Positions 19,843 to 30,162 are shown, numbered from the stretch's first letter. The stretch is DNA of 64,000 nucleotides from Planctomycetaceae bacterium (GCA_002709045.1 PAPJ01000029.1:1057-65056); one strand, 5' to 3'. The notes: generated by a model not told the origin, from the letters alone. Translations and numbers: made by a program.

Positions 19843-20739
19843 ATGACAACAAGCGGAGAAGTTCTGCTTTCACAGTACATGGCAGAACTACGTCAGGAGG
19901 TGGATCAGGCGTTAGCAGAAGTCACGACATATGCGGCCGGTTGTCCGCAGGTATTAGCAGACGCCATACGCCACATATTATTGGCTCCGGGAAAACGCCT
20001 GCGTCCAATGCTGGTGTTAATGGCCTCGGATGCTTGCGGTCATAGAAGTAATGCTACCATTGCTTCTGCATGTGCTGTTGAGATGATTCACACCTACTCC
20101 CTAATTCATGACGATTTGCCTGCTATGGATGATGACGAACTTCGTCGGGGTCTGCCGACCGTTCACGTTGTTTATGGTGAAGCTAATGCGATTCTGGCCG
20201 GTGATGCTCTGCTTGCTCAGGCATTCGAAGTCGTTGCCTGTTGTGATGCGTCAGCGGATCAGGTTGTGAGGTGTTTGCAGGTATTAACCGAGGCGGCAGG
20301 ACCTTGTCAGCTTGTTGGGGGGCAGGTTGATGACTTGCGGGCTGAAAATACAGTAGGTAATGTTGAACAGTTGCAGAAAATTCACGAACGGAAGACCGGA
20401 GCGATGTTTCGGGTATCATTGCGATTAGGTGGGATTGCTGCCGGAGCGACGGATGAACAAATTGTACGCCTCGATACGTATGGTAGATATCTGGGCCTGG
20501 CATTTCAAATTGTTGATGATCTGCTGGACGAACAGGGAGACGTGGAACAGCTTGGAAAACAAACCGGAAAAGACACAGAACATGGTAAACTGACCTACCC
20601 TGCGTTGATGGGAGCAAAGGAAAGTCAGGATTTGGCTGCAGATCTGATACGTCAGGCCTGTGAACAACTGGAGCCGTTCGGTGAAACTGCCGAATCTTTA
20701 AGACAGTTGGCATATTTCGTTTTGGAACGGAATAACTAA
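19843..20739 (+). CDS. ispA: (2E,6E)-farnesyl/geranylgeranyl diphosphate synthase (polyprenyl synthetase)
   Basis: 298 aa with the first Asp-rich motif DDLPAMDDDELRRG and the second, VDDLLD. Confidence 0.9.
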   Translation: MTTSGEVLLSQYMAELRQEVDQALAEVTTYAAGCPQVLADAIRHILLAPGKRLRPMLVLMASDACGHRSNATIASACAVEMIHTYSLIHDDLPAMDDDELRRGLPTVHVVYGEANAILAGDALLAQAFEVVACCDASADQVVRCLQVLTEAAGPCQLVGGQVDDLRAENTVGNVEQLQKIHERKTGAMFRVSLRLGGIAAGATDEQIVRLDTYGRYLGLAFQIVDDLLDEQGDVEQLGKQTGKDTEHGKLTYPALMGAKESQDLAADLIRQACEQLEPFGETAESLRQLAYFVLERNN

Positions 20740-20788
20740 ATTAAAAGAAGAGACTATACATCTCCACCTTTAATTGACTGAACCGTTT

Positions 20789-22690
20789 ATGGAACATCCG
20801 ATTCTTTCTAAATTGCAATCGCCATTGGAATTGCATGAGATGTCGGCGGCTGAACTAGACCAAACAGCTGCCGAAATCTGTGATGTGATGTGCGAGTTGC
20901 TGAGTGAACGATCTGCGCACTTCGCCTCCAATCTTGGAGTGGTCGAGCTGTGTCTGGCTTTGCATAGTGTTTTTGATTTTCTTCAGGACCGCTTAATTTG
21001 GGATACGGGGCATCAAATCTACCCCCATAAACTTATTACCGGTCGATATCAACAATTCAAATCTATTCGTACGAAAAAAGGTTTGATGGGATATCCGAAT
21101 CCGTCTGAGAGCGATTACGATCTGTTTATGACAGGTCATGCCGGTGCCAGTGTTTCCACTGTACAGGGGTTGCACAGCGGAGATGCTCTGACAGGTAACG
21201 CTGAACGTAAAGCAGTGGCAGTGATTGGTGACGGAGCATTTCCATCCGGCATCGTCTATGAAGCGATGAACAATGCCAATGGCAATCTGTTGGTCGTGCT
21301 TAATGACAATGAAATGTCGATTTGTCCGCGAGTGGGTGGTGTGGCATCCTATCTGGATCGACTGCGAAACTCGATCTATCCGTCGTTAAAAGCCGGAGTA
21401 CAAAAAGTGCTGGGACGTGTTCCGGTTGTCGGCGATCCGGCCGAACGGTTTTTGGCTCAGATGAAAGAAGCGGTCAAAGCCGGCTTTCACGGAGGCATGC
21501 TTTTTGCAGAGATGGGATTTCAGTACCTGGGTCCGATTGATGGTCATGATATTGGCTTGATGCGAAAGTATCTAAAAATGGCAAAGGAAATTCATGAGCC
21601 GGTTCTGCTACACGTCGTTACGCAGAAAGGTCATGGGTTTAAGCCCGCAGAAGAAGATCCGCGAACCTTCCACGCTCCGCCAGTTTTTGAGCGTGTGGAA
21701 GGTAAAGCAGTGTTTCAACAGAAAGGAGCCGGTGGATCGGGATTACTTAATTATACGAATCACGCTCGTGATGCTATTTTGGAACAAATGGCCAAGCACG
21801 AGCGTGTTACCTGTATGACCGCAGCGATGTGTCAGGGGAATAAACTCGAACCGGTTCGTGACTTATACCCTGACCGCTTCTTTGATGTTGGAATTTGCGA
21901 AGGCCATGCCGTCGCATTTGCCGGAGGTCAGTGTAAGGCGGGTATCCGTCCAGTTGTGGCAATCTACAGTACATTTTTACAACGAAGTTATGACCATATA
22001 TTTCAGGAAGTTTGTCTGCAGGATTTGCCGGTCACATTCATGCTGGATCGAGCCGGATTGGCTGGTCCTGACGGCCCCACTCACCATGGAGTGTTTGATT
22101 TGGGATATCTGCGTGTTTTTCCAAATATCTCGATTATGGCACCGGCTGATGAACATGATTTGAAGGCGATGCTGGATTTTTCATTAACTCATGATTCAGC
22201 AACCGCCATTCGTTATCCTAAAGGTGCTTCACCTGAATTAGATCGGGAGCCCAAGCCGGTTGAGTTTGGCAGGGCTGAGGTTTTGTCGACAGGTAAAGAT
22301 GGAACAATACTGGCATTAGGTGCGATGGTAGAGCCGAGTTTGCGTGCTGCAGCCAAACTACAGGATGCCGGTCTCGAGGTTGGCGTGGTAAACGCTCGTT
22401 TCGTCAAACCACTCGATGAGCACGTGATTGGAGAAGTGCTGCGTAACAGTCCTTTTGTGGTGACCGTTGAAGAAGCAGCATTGATCGGTGGGTTTGGTTC
22501 CGCAGTATTGGAATTTGCGGCTGAACGCCGATTGAATACCGCTCATGTTTGCCGTTTGGGGATTCCTGATATCTTTGTAGAACATGGCGAACGAGGAGAA
22601 CTGTTAAGTGACCTTGGATTAGATGACGAAGGTGTTTACCGGGCCTGCAAAGATATGGCACAGGATACAGCAAATATGGAGACTGTTTAG
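20789..22690 (+). CDS. dxs: 1-deoxy-D-xylulose-5-phosphate synthase
   Basis: Motifs are WDTGHQIYPHK, GHAGASVS, IGDGAFPSG…EAMNNA and the transketolase C-terminal domains. The ORF opens at TTG 20774. ATG 20789 was chosen because MEHPILSKL aligns with typical Dxs N-termini. Confidence 0.93.
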   Translation: MEHPILSKLQSPLELHEMSAAELDQTAAEICDVMCELLSERSAHFASNLGVVELCLALHSVFDFLQDRLIWDTGHQIYPHKLITGRYQQFKSIRTKKGLMGYPNPSESDYDLFMTGHAGASVSTVQGLHSGDALTGNAERKAVAVIGDGAFPSGIVYEAMNNANGNLLVVLNDNEMSICPRVGGVASYLDRLRNSIYPSLKAGVQKVLGRVPVVGDPAERFLAQMKEAVKAGFHGGMLFAEMGFQYLGPIDGHDIGLMRKYLKMAKEIHEPVLLHVVTQKGHGFKPAEEDPRTFHAPPVFERVEGKAVFQQKGAGGSGLLNYTNHARDAILEQMAKHERVTCMTAAMCQGNKLEPVRDLYPDRFFDVGICEGHAVAFAGGQCKAGIRPVVAIYSTFLQRSYDHIFQEVCLQDLPVTFMLDRAGLAGPDGPTHHGVFDLGYLRVFPNISIMAPADEHDLKAMLDFSLTHDSATAIRYPKGASPELDREPKPVEFGRAEVLSTGKDGTILALGAMVEPSLRAAAKLQDAGLEVGVVNARFVKPLDEHVIGEVLRNSPFVVTVEEAALIGGFGSAVLEFAAERRLNTAHVCRLGIPDIFVEHGERGELLSDLGLDDEGVYRACKDMAQDTANMETV

Positions 22691-22728
22691 CTTCAGATTC
22701 TTCTCACGAGGCTGCAAAACATCATAAA

Positions 22729-23583
22729 ATGTCACTTTCAAATTTAGCAAATTGGGTTGAGGCTGATGGCAAGCCCCGTGTGATGGTTTACGGAGGTGCC
22801 TCTAATGCTGGAAGTTTCGATGCTGAAACTCAGGTTCGACAATCGATTGACGACTGTTTTCAGGTTGTTGATGATGCCGCAGCTGCAGATTTGGCAATTG
22901 TACTCGGTGGTGATGGTTCGATTCTGCGCGCATCCCGGGAACTTAGCAGATTGGGAATCCCTGCCGTCGGGGTAAATCTGGGCCGACTCGGCTTTCTAGC
23001 CTCAGTTTCTCCAGGTGAAGTTGCACAGGCATTTGGTGATGTTGTTGCAGGTAATTGCCGTATTGTTGAACATCTGATGTTAGAGTGTTCCGTTTTTCGC
23101 GATGGCGAAGTGGTGGCATCGACAATAGGTCTTAACGAGGCTGCACTATTACGCGGGGCTCCCTTCTCAATCCTCGACATTGATTTGCATGTTGATGGTG
23201 AATTGGCAACGACTTTCAGTTGTGATGGGCTTATTATTTCGACGCCTGCAGGTTCGACCGCTCACAGTCTTTCAGCCGGCGGACCTATTCTTCGTAAAAC
23301 ACTGGATGCCTTCGTGATTTCCGCGATTAGCCCTCATACCCTCACGGTACGTCCCGTGGTGGACTCATCAAGTCGCATTTATGAGATGACTTTACGTGAA
23401 ACCACCGCAGAAACTGCTGTCGCTGTGGATGGCAAAGTGATTGCCAGCGTAACTCAAGAGGATGTAATACAAGTGAAGAAAGCGGAGCGACCGTTTTTGA
23501 TGATTGAAGTTGATGGCCAAAATGATTATCGAAGTTTGCGTGAGAAGCTAGATTGGGGTGGCCGTATTCGCCATAAAAAATAA
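22729..23583 (+). CDS. nadK: NAD(+) kinase
   Basis: 284 aa with GGDGSILRA and VNLGRLGFLA motifs. Confidence 0.9.
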   Translation: MSLSNLANWVEADGKPRVMVYGGASNAGSFDAETQVRQSIDDCFQVVDDAAAADLAIVLGGDGSILRASRELSRLGIPAVGVNLGRLGFLASVSPGEVAQAFGDVVAGNCRIVEHLMLECSVFRDGEVVASTIGLNEAALLRGAPFSILDIDLHVDGELATTFSCDGLIISTPAGSTAHSLSAGGPILRKTLDAFVISAISPHTLTVRPVVDSSSRIYEMTLRETTAETAVAVDGKVIASVTQEDVIQVKKAERPFLMIEVDGQNDYRSLREKLDWGGRIRHKK

Positions 23584-23649
23584 CAATAAAGCTACTCGAA
23601 TGGATTCGAGCAATCATGCGTAATTCAACAGTGTGCAGGGAGGCATGCG

Positions 23650-24591
23650 ATGACGTTGGCGAAATTCCGTTTTTGGACCGTTGTTTTTTCTCTTATCATT
23701 CCGGGACTCATTTCCCCGCTGGCCAATGCTCAGGATGTTAATCTTGAACAACAGCTGCAAAAGGCTGCTTTGAAGGCAACGCAGGATGCTCAGGTTACCA
23801 AGAAATATCAGTTGCAGTATCACTTAGAAGAAGGTGAATTGATTCGTTCACGTGTCGTGCATCTGGTTTCAATGGACACCAAGATTGATGGCGAATTTGA
23901 AAACTTAAAGTCTCGTAGTGTTTCTACCCGGGTCTTTCAGGTCAACGAAGTTGATACTCAGGGAAATATCACGCTTCTGCACCGAGTGGAAGATGCGCAA
24001 TTGTGGCAGAAAGTTACGGGGCAGGACGAGGTTCGCTACAACAGCAAAACGGATCAAGTCGTACCGGAAAACTACGAACGGATTGCTGCATCCATTGGCA
24101 AACCACTAGCTGTTATTACTGTCAGTCCAAGCGGAGCCATCATTTCGCGAAAAGATAAAGTTGCTCAATTCAATCCCGGAATCGGAGTTTTGATGCCTCG
24201 GCTTCCGGATTATCCGATTGCCATTGGGCAGAAATGGTACACACCACAAGAGGTTCGTATTCGCACTAAAGATAACCGGATAAAGACAATCAAACTGAGG
24301 AAATTATATACACTCAGTAAGGTCGCAAATGAGTTGGCAACGATTACGGTGAGAACTCAGGTAATCACTCCCGTTCACGATGCTAAAGTTAAGAGTCAAC
24401 TGATGCAACGAATGCAGCACGGCGAGTTTCAATTTGATTTGGTAAAAGGCAGAATCTACTCGTCTCGGATGGAACTTGATGAACGCGTTGTCGGTTTCAA
24501 TGGTGCTGCCAGTATGATCCATTACCTGTCTCGCATGACAGAACAGCTTGTTAAGCCCGCTCCATCTACCAAGGATGTTTCTGTACGCTAA
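23650..24591 (+). CDS. secreted hypothetical protein
   Basis: 313-aa ORF. GGGAGG lies upstream of the ATG, and the signal peptide is FWTVVFSLIIPGLISPLANAQ. No known motif was recognised. Confidence 0.7.
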   Translation: MTLAKFRFWTVVFSLIIPGLISPLANAQDVNLEQQLQKAALKATQDAQVTKKYQLQYHLEEGELIRSRVVHLVSMDTKIDGEFENLKSRSVSTRVFQVNEVDTQGNITLLHRVEDAQLWQKVTGQDEVRYNSKTDQVVPENYERIAASIGKPLAVITVSPSGAIISRKDKVAQFNPGIGVLMPRLPDYPIAIGQKWYTPQEVRIRTKDNRIKTIKLRKLYTLSKVANELATITVRTQVITPVHDAKVKSQLMQRMQHGEFQFDLVKGRIYSSRMELDERVVGFNGAASMIHYLSRMTEQLVKPAPSTKDVSVR

Positions 24592-24611
24592 AGCAGTCAG
24601 GGAATACTAGC

Positions 24612-25805
24612 TTGCTTGCTCGATATTTTCAGCGGTTTTTTATTACCGGCCCATTAGGGCTGTGGATTCTGAGCGCTGTATTTTTAGTTGATTTATCGAA
24701 GGTCAGTGCTGTTGATCGGTTGCAGGTGCATCTTCGGGGGGAGACAGTAATTCTTCGCGGACGCCTGCTCGATTCCGGGGATCCGGATACTTTGTTGCTG
24801 CTGCACGAAGATAATCAGCTGCAAAAGATTTCCGGACAAAACGTTTTGAAACGTGAAAACGATAAGACAGATTTCAAATTTGCTTCGCGCGAAAAAATAA
24901 TAGAGTCCCTGCGTCTTGAATTTGGTAAAAATTTCAATATCCATCAGACGGCACACTACATCGTGTGTTTCAATACGGTGCCGGAATATGCCAAGTGGGT
25001 GGGAACACTTCTTGAGCGTTTGCATCGTGCTTATTATGCCTATTGGGGAAAAAGACGGGGTGATTTGCAATCTGTCGCTGATCCGTTAGTCGTGATCGTA
25101 CACAAGAATCAATCGTCGTTCAGTAGATATGTGGAAGGGGATCTTGGCGTTTCTTCTGAATTCATACCCGGTTATTACAATCAGGAGTCCAATCGTATCA
25201 ATCTCTATGATCTTTCCCGGCTTACGGAACGTCAGGAGAAGATGAAGGCTCAGGGTAGCCGGCCGGGAACTTCCGCTCAGCAGATTCGACGTGTGCTGAA
25301 TCATCCCACCGCCGAAAGGAATGTAGCGACGATTATTCATGAAGGAACGCATCAACTCAGTTTTAATTCAGGTATGATACGCCGTTTGTCATATACGCCG
25401 CTATGGCTTAGTGAGGGTATGGCGATTTATTTCGAAGCGCCGGATTTGAGCCATGCCGTTGGCTGGTCTGCAATCGGGAGTGTCAATCAATATCATTTGA
25501 AGCAGTTTCAGCAACTGGTAAAAACCGGCCGGTTGCTGGAACTTGAAGATTTACTCAGTTCCGATGAAGTGTTCAGGTCGAGCGAGACGGTGCGGGCTGC
25601 CTATGCTCAGTCCTGGGCGTTGAATTATTTTTTACAGAAAACCCGCCCAGAACAGTATCGTAGTTTCGTAAAAATGCAACGTCTTCATGCTCCGTTGTCC
25701 GAAGTTCCCGCAAAGCAACGATTGTCTATGTTTATTTCAGCCTTTGGTAGTGGTTTATCAGAGTTGGAGAAGGACTTGCTTAACTATGTGCAGCGCTTAA
25801 AGTGA
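24612..25805 (+). CDS. DUF1570-like secreted protein with HExxH motif (putative metallopeptidase)
   Basis: 397 aa with a TTG start and a signal/anchor (LGLWILSAVFLVDLSKVSA). IIHEGTHQL is an HExxH motif. The overall layout is as remembered for planctomycete DUF1570. Confidence 0.65.
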   Translation: MLARYFQRFFITGPLGLWILSAVFLVDLSKVSAVDRLQVHLRGETVILRGRLLDSGDPDTLLLLHEDNQLQKISGQNVLKRENDKTDFKFASREKIIESLRLEFGKNFNIHQTAHYIVCFNTVPEYAKWVGTLLERLHRAYYAYWGKRRGDLQSVADPLVVIVHKNQSSFSRYVEGDLGVSSEFIPGYYNQESNRINLYDLSRLTERQEKMKAQGSRPGTSAQQIRRVLNHPTAERNVATIIHEGTHQLSFNSGMIRRLSYTPLWLSEGMAIYFEAPDLSHAVGWSAIGSVNQYHLKQFQQLVKTGRLLELEDLLSSDEVFRSSETVRAAYAQSWALNYFLQKTRPEQYRSFVKMQRLHAPLSEVPAKQRLSMFISAFGSGLSELEKDLLNYVQRLK

Positions 25806-25922
25806 TGTTCAACTGGTGTATTAGTTATGACCTGTTTGCTTGTATCTGAGAGGCTCGATATTTAAGATATAGCATTAACCGAAATAACAGCTAATAAGAG
25901 TTGTTTGATTTATAAGGAGAGT

Positions 25923-27221
25923 ATGATGTCGTCAAAAGACACCATTGGTAATACAGATAAAAGTCGTCGCGACTTCTTAAAAACATCAGTTGCCGCAGGC
26001 GGTGCTGTTGCCACCACTTTTACAGCTGCCAATGCGGTACACGCTCAGGGCTCAGATATTCTCAAGATCGGCCTGATCGGGTGCGGTGGTCGAGGTACCG
26101 GTGCTGCTGTGAATGCGATGCGTGCTGAGGATAACCTTCGCCTGACGGCTATGGCCGACGTGTTTGCTGATCGTCTGGAGCATTCGCGAAATATTTTGGA
26201 ACGTCAGATTGGCGATAAATTCGCTGTCACCGAAGAGGCCAGTTATACAGGATTTGATGGCTACAAGGAACTGATGGCCGGCGATGTTGACGTTGTACTT
26301 CTTTGTACTCCACCTCATTTTCGCCCAGCCCATATTGAAGAGGCTGTAAAGCAGAATAAACATGTCTTTTGTGAAAAACCTGTGGCAACCGATGCAGTTG
26401 GTGTGCGCCAGGTTATGGATGCTGTCCGTGTTGCTAAAGAAAAAGATCTGAATGTGGTATCTGGCCTTTGCTGGCGATATGACTACGGCGTACGAGCCGT
26501 GATGGAACAAATCAAGAGCGGAGTCATTGGTGATATTACCTCGATTCAGGAAAATTATCTGACCGGTACATTGTGGCATCGTGGTCGCAAACCGGACTGG
26601 AGTGAAATGGAATATCAGGTACGCAACTGGTTGTACTTTACCTGGTTGTCTGGTGACCATATTGTAGAACAACATATTCACAGCCTCGATAAAGCGATGT
26701 GGTTGATGGATGATATACCACCGGTAAAGGCAACGGGACTCGGTGGTCGTCAACAGCGCGTAGACGAACAATGGGGACATGGGTATGACCACTTTGCCGT
26801 TTGCTATGAGTGGGAAAATGGTGTGAAAACTTATGCCTATACGCGTCAACAGGCAGGTTGTTCGAACAATGTGGAAGACTATGTCACGGGCACCAAAGGG
26901 TCTGCCAAGATTCTACGCCACGCGGTTGAAGTTGGTGGGGAAGAAATCTTCCGCTATCGTGGGCCCAAACCAAGTATGTATGATGTTGAACACAAAGAAT
27001 TGTTTGCAGCCATTCGTAGTGGTGAAACCATTAACAATGGCGACTATATGTGCAAAAGTACATTGATGGCGATTCTTGGACGTGAAGTTTGCTATACAGG
27101 GCAAACGATTACTTGGGATCAGATGCTTAATTCTGAAAAGGACCTCTCTCCGGCTGTTTATCAGTGGGGGGATGTTGATATCCCGAAAGTTGCTATTCCA
27201 GGTAAGACAAAATTTGTCTAA
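25923..27221 (+). CDS. Gfo/Idh/MocA-family oxidoreductase with twin-arginine signal
   Basis: Tat motif SRRDFLKTSVAAGGA, Rossmann fold IGLIGCGGRGTG, and EKP motif FCEKPVA. AAGGAG lies just upstream of ATG 25923/25926, whereas the ORF track opens at TTG 25905. Confidence 0.85.
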   Translation: MMSSKDTIGNTDKSRRDFLKTSVAAGGAVATTFTAANAVHAQGSDILKIGLIGCGGRGTGAAVNAMRAEDNLRLTAMADVFADRLEHSRNILERQIGDKFAVTEEASYTGFDGYKELMAGDVDVVLLCTPPHFRPAHIEEAVKQNKHVFCEKPVATDAVGVRQVMDAVRVAKEKDLNVVSGLCWRYDYGVRAVMEQIKSGVIGDITSIQENYLTGTLWHRGRKPDWSEMEYQVRNWLYFTWLSGDHIVEQHIHSLDKAMWLMDDIPPVKATGLGGRQQRVDEQWGHGYDHFAVCYEWENGVKTYAYTRQQAGCSNNVEDYVTGTKGSAKILRHAVEVGGEEIFRYRGPKPSMYDVEHKELFAAIRSGETINNGDYMCKSTLMAILGREVCYTGQTITWDQMLNSEKDLSPAVYQWGDVDIPKVAIPGKTKFV

Positions 27222-27250
27222 CCCGTTAGCTCTTTTAACCCGGCTGAAAT

Positions 27251-27287
27251 AAAAGAACCTCACTGTCAAAGATAGTGAGGTTCTTTT
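27251..27287. terminator. bidirectional intrinsic terminator hairpin between convergent genes
   Basis: Perfect 14-nt arms: aaaagaacctcact (27251-27264) and agtgaggttctttt (27274-27287), with a 9-nt loop. A/T runs flank both sides. It lies between the oxidoreductase (+) and dnaA (-) 3' ends. Confidence 0.8.
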
Positions 27288-27317
27288 ATGGGCTTAAATG
27301 ATTCTCGACTCGGTCTT

Positions 27318-28739
27318 CTAAGTTCCAAACTGGGCTTCACAACGCCTGAGAGCATCTGTCACGCGACATTGGCCATGAGGGATAGTTACCAATGATTCGG
27401 TTTCAATCCAGTCTGTGACGCGTTGCTGAGCCGATATGACGGTATTGTGAGCTCGTTTACCAAAGTAGTCACCGATTTCAGAATAAGCAGCACGCGTGTA
27501 CTTGCGAGCGAGCCACATCGCCAGCATTCGAGGCTGACTGATACTTTTAGCTTTGGCAGTAGATTTTAATTGCTTGCGATCTACCCCAAATACTTCGCAG
27601 ACAGCCTTTTCAATATCGGAAATGCGAATATTGCGTTGTGGACGATTAAACAGGTCAGCTAATTGTCGGTCGGCATCTTCGTAAGATAATAATTCGCCGG
27701 TGAGTTGCTGTAATACACTAACGCGGTTGATTGCCCCCTGAATATGGCGAGCATCAGGATAGACGCGTTCGACAAGCATATTGATAACGCCTGAATCGAC
27801 TGTGATTCCTAAATGCTGACAGTATTGGTGGGCTATTTCCAGCCGCATCCCAAAGTCCGGAGCTTCTACTCCACAGACTAGTCCACTAGCCATCCGGGCA
27901 ACCAGATCAGAGCCAAGTCCATGGATCTCGGTGGGAGAAATTTTGGCCGAAAATATAAGCTGTTTACCACTGCGAAGCAGAGTATCGACAGTATAGTGAA
28001 ACTCAATCATCGTCGCCTGCTTGCCAACGAAAAATTCGATGTCGTCGATGATCAGAACGTCTACGTCGCGATGTTTGCGGCGGAAATTGGGGAGTCCGTT
28101 GCCTTGTAGTGATTCCAGAAAGTGAGTGGTGAATTGTTCTGCCGTTAGGTATACAGCCCGGCCCGCTTTTACCCGGCTACGGAATTTATTCCAGATGGCC
28201 TGCAGCAGATGTGACTTACCGCTGCCTGATGGACCATGCACGAATAGCGGCGAGATTGTTCCGGGGCGATCCAACATTGATTTAGCTGCACTAACAGCGA
28301 TGTGGTTGGATTGACCTATAACCAGATTAAGCAGCCCTGCAGTTGGTCGATGCGTAGCAATAGATTGTGTGGCCGGGGCAAGTGAAATTTTCTCAGCCTG
28401 AGGTAGTGTTGCTTGTCCTGTAGAATCGCGATGTTGCTGTACGGCGGGCTGTTCGCTGGCAACTTGGAATGAGAGCTCGAGATGGCTGTGGGACAGATAT
28501 GAAAGGATGTCGCGCAGTTTTGGCTGATAAATGCGCTTTAATCGTTCAGCGCTAAAGCTGTTGGGAGCGTAGAGATAGAGCGTCGAGCCTGTCAGGTTCC
28601 AGGTTACAGATCGATCGAACCAGACATCGAATTTGTCCGGTCCAATTTCATTGACCAGTCGATTCCTGATGGCCGAGACAATTGTCATTTCATCCTTGGT
28701 CACGTTTTTATATTCCTTTAAGCGTTTTTCAGCTTCCAA
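27318..28739 (-). CDS. dnaA: chromosomal replication initiator protein DnaA
   Basis: 473 aa. It has an N-terminal DnaA_N-like block, AAA+ Walker A (GPSGSGKSHLL) and Walker B (LIIDDIEFF). The C-terminal DNA-binding domain reads ISQPRMLAMWLARKYT…SEIGDYFGKRAHNTVISA. Confidence 0.9.
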   Translation of the reverse strand: MEAEKRLKEYKNVTKDEMTIVSAIRNRLVNEIGPDKFDVWFDRSVTWNLTGSTLYLYAPNSFSAERLKRIYQPKLRDILSYLSHSHLELSFQVASEQPAVQQHRDSTGQATLPQAEKISLAPATQSIATHRPTAGLLNLVIGQSNHIAVSAAKSMLDRPGTISPLFVHGPSGSGKSHLLQAIWNKFRSRVKAGRAVYLTAEQFTTHFLESLQGNGLPNFRRKHRDVDVLIIDDIEFFVGKQATMIEFHYTVDTLLRSGKQLIFSAKISPTEIHGLGSDLVARMASGLVCGVEAPDFGMRLEIAHQYCQHLGITVDSGVINMLVERVYPDARHIQGAINRVSVLQQLTGELLSYEDADRQLADLFNRPQRNIRISDIEKAVCEVFGVDRKQLKSTAKAKSISQPRMLAMWLARKYTRAAYSEIGDYFGKRAHNTVISAQQRVTDWIETESLVTIPHGQCRVTDALRRCEAQFGT

Positions 28740-29096
28740 TAAAACCTTCTTGGTTCTAACGCCTTTGGAAACCGCCTCTGGGCGATTTCGCCAGCAATGC
28801 TGAAGTACGCGTAATTGCCGAATCTACAAGTGAAACCGAGTGAAATCATGATCCCATTAAGGGTTCATTTCAATCTTCCGCTACTCACATGTCGGCAAGT
28901 TAGCATTCTTGCTGATTGATAAGTGGGAACCGATTGTAATGCTGCTAGCACTCGAATCAAAGTGTTTTAAAAACAAAGAGCAAAATAGCTCTCTATTGAC
29001 GGAAAATACAGTACTTTTGTCGTCTTAAAAATCGTTTGTCTGACGGTGGAAAACCTGTCGACAAGATGACGATAACTGTCAAATCCCGTCAAGTGT

Positions 29097-29194
29097 GACG
29101 TCCGTTTCTGGATTATTCGGGCCTCGTGCCCTACAGACGGTTTGAGAAGACTCAAAAATAATCCCCGAAGGATCGATGTCCGCTTCTGAATTAT
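29097..29194. repeat. two copies of a 20-nt direct repeat GAyGTCCGyTTCTGrATTAT upstream of dnaA (DnaA-box-like core)
   Basis: Copy 1 is 29097-29116 (gacgtccgtttctggattat). Copy 2 is 29175-29194 (gatgtccgcttctgaattat). They match at 17/20 positions, and all three differences are transitions. The core TCTGGATTA matches TGTGGATAA at 7/9 positions. Confidence 0.4.
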
Positions 29195-29279
29195 AATGCA
29201 ATTGAAATTGCATAGGAGACATGGGACGGTCGGAAATTATAGAATTTTAACATTTACCGAATTCTTAGTTTCCGGATGC

Positions 29280-30035
29280 TTAGATTTTCAAACCGTTTTT
29301 GTCCGTGGCAAGAAGTTGACGAAATACGTCACTTAAGATTGCTCCAAAATGAAGTCGGTTTAATTCGAATCGAACTTCTAGTGACGGTGATTCGGCTGCC
29401 GCATTTATGACATCAGATTTGGAAATCCTTAAGGCACTAACAGGGAGTTTGTTGCGGCTCTTTACATAGAGTGCTTCACGTGGACTAGGTCGTCGGGTCA
29501 TGCGGAACTTCTGTTTCATCACATTAATCAAAGTGGAAGCGTCCTTAGTGTATCCTAGAAATTCTATGCGTTGCAGTTGTTCTTGTTCGTCAAACAGATA
29601 AGTAAGGGCTCCGGCCAGATCGTCTTGTTTTTCGCCTGTTACAACCGGAACCCGATAGCTACGTAAGCCGTCATCTTTGACATGGAAGGATACCAGAGCC
29701 CAACGATTAGCGATATCTGTAGGAGTGGTATTGAAACTTAGAATTTGATCGATGCCGGAAAAAAGACCTCCGTCTAGGTGAGGTGACTGTCCATCCGGGT
29801 CAGGTGTGGTCATGGCTGCATTTTTAATTGTCCCCACTTCGGTGTCATCTTCACTGAAGAGCGAGCTAATAGAATTGCCCGCTTCTTCGAACCAGCTACT
29901 GACTGAAGCCAGAAACCCTGCGTCATCGGTCCCCTCGGATTTATCCTTGGTTGGATCAGTCAAAATTAACAGAGGGATAAACAGGACACCGCCAAAGATC
30001 ACCAGATAAATGAGTCGCTTAACAATCCACTTCAT
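29280..30035 (-). CDS. membrane-anchored hypothetical protein
   Basis: 251-aa ORF with an N-terminal TM helix (LIYLVIFGGVLFIPLLIL). No known motif was recognised. Confidence 0.65.
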   Translation of the reverse strand: MKWIVKRLIYLVIFGGVLFIPLLILTDPTKDKSEGTDDAGFLASVSSWFEEAGNSISSLFSEDDTEVGTIKNAAMTTPDPDGQSPHLDGGLFSGIDQILSFNTTPTDIANRWALVSFHVKDDGLRSYRVPVVTGEKQDDLAGALTYLFDEQEQLQRIEFLGYTKDASTLINVMKQKFRMTRRPSPREALYVKSRNKLPVSALRISKSDVINAAAESPSLEVRFELNRLHFGAILSDVFRQLLATDKNGLKI

Positions 30036-30162
30036 GTTTTGCTCCGGGCAAAGTAATGGTTTTCAAACAAAAGTACCACTTAGAGACCGTTCACCGGGAA
30101 ATCACTTTGCGTCGAAGGTCTGGAGAATCCTGATTCGGTAAATCAGCAAACGGTTATGCTGG

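Noticed and set aside
26052-26849. 265-aa antisense ORF inside the Gfo/Idh/MocA gene, with many similar antisense or out-of-frame ORFs (for example 20183..20713, 6545..6919, 6964..7386, 37312..37794, 63298..63762)
   Set aside because: All are fully embedded in genes with strong motif support on the other strand or frame. They are typical shadow ORFs.
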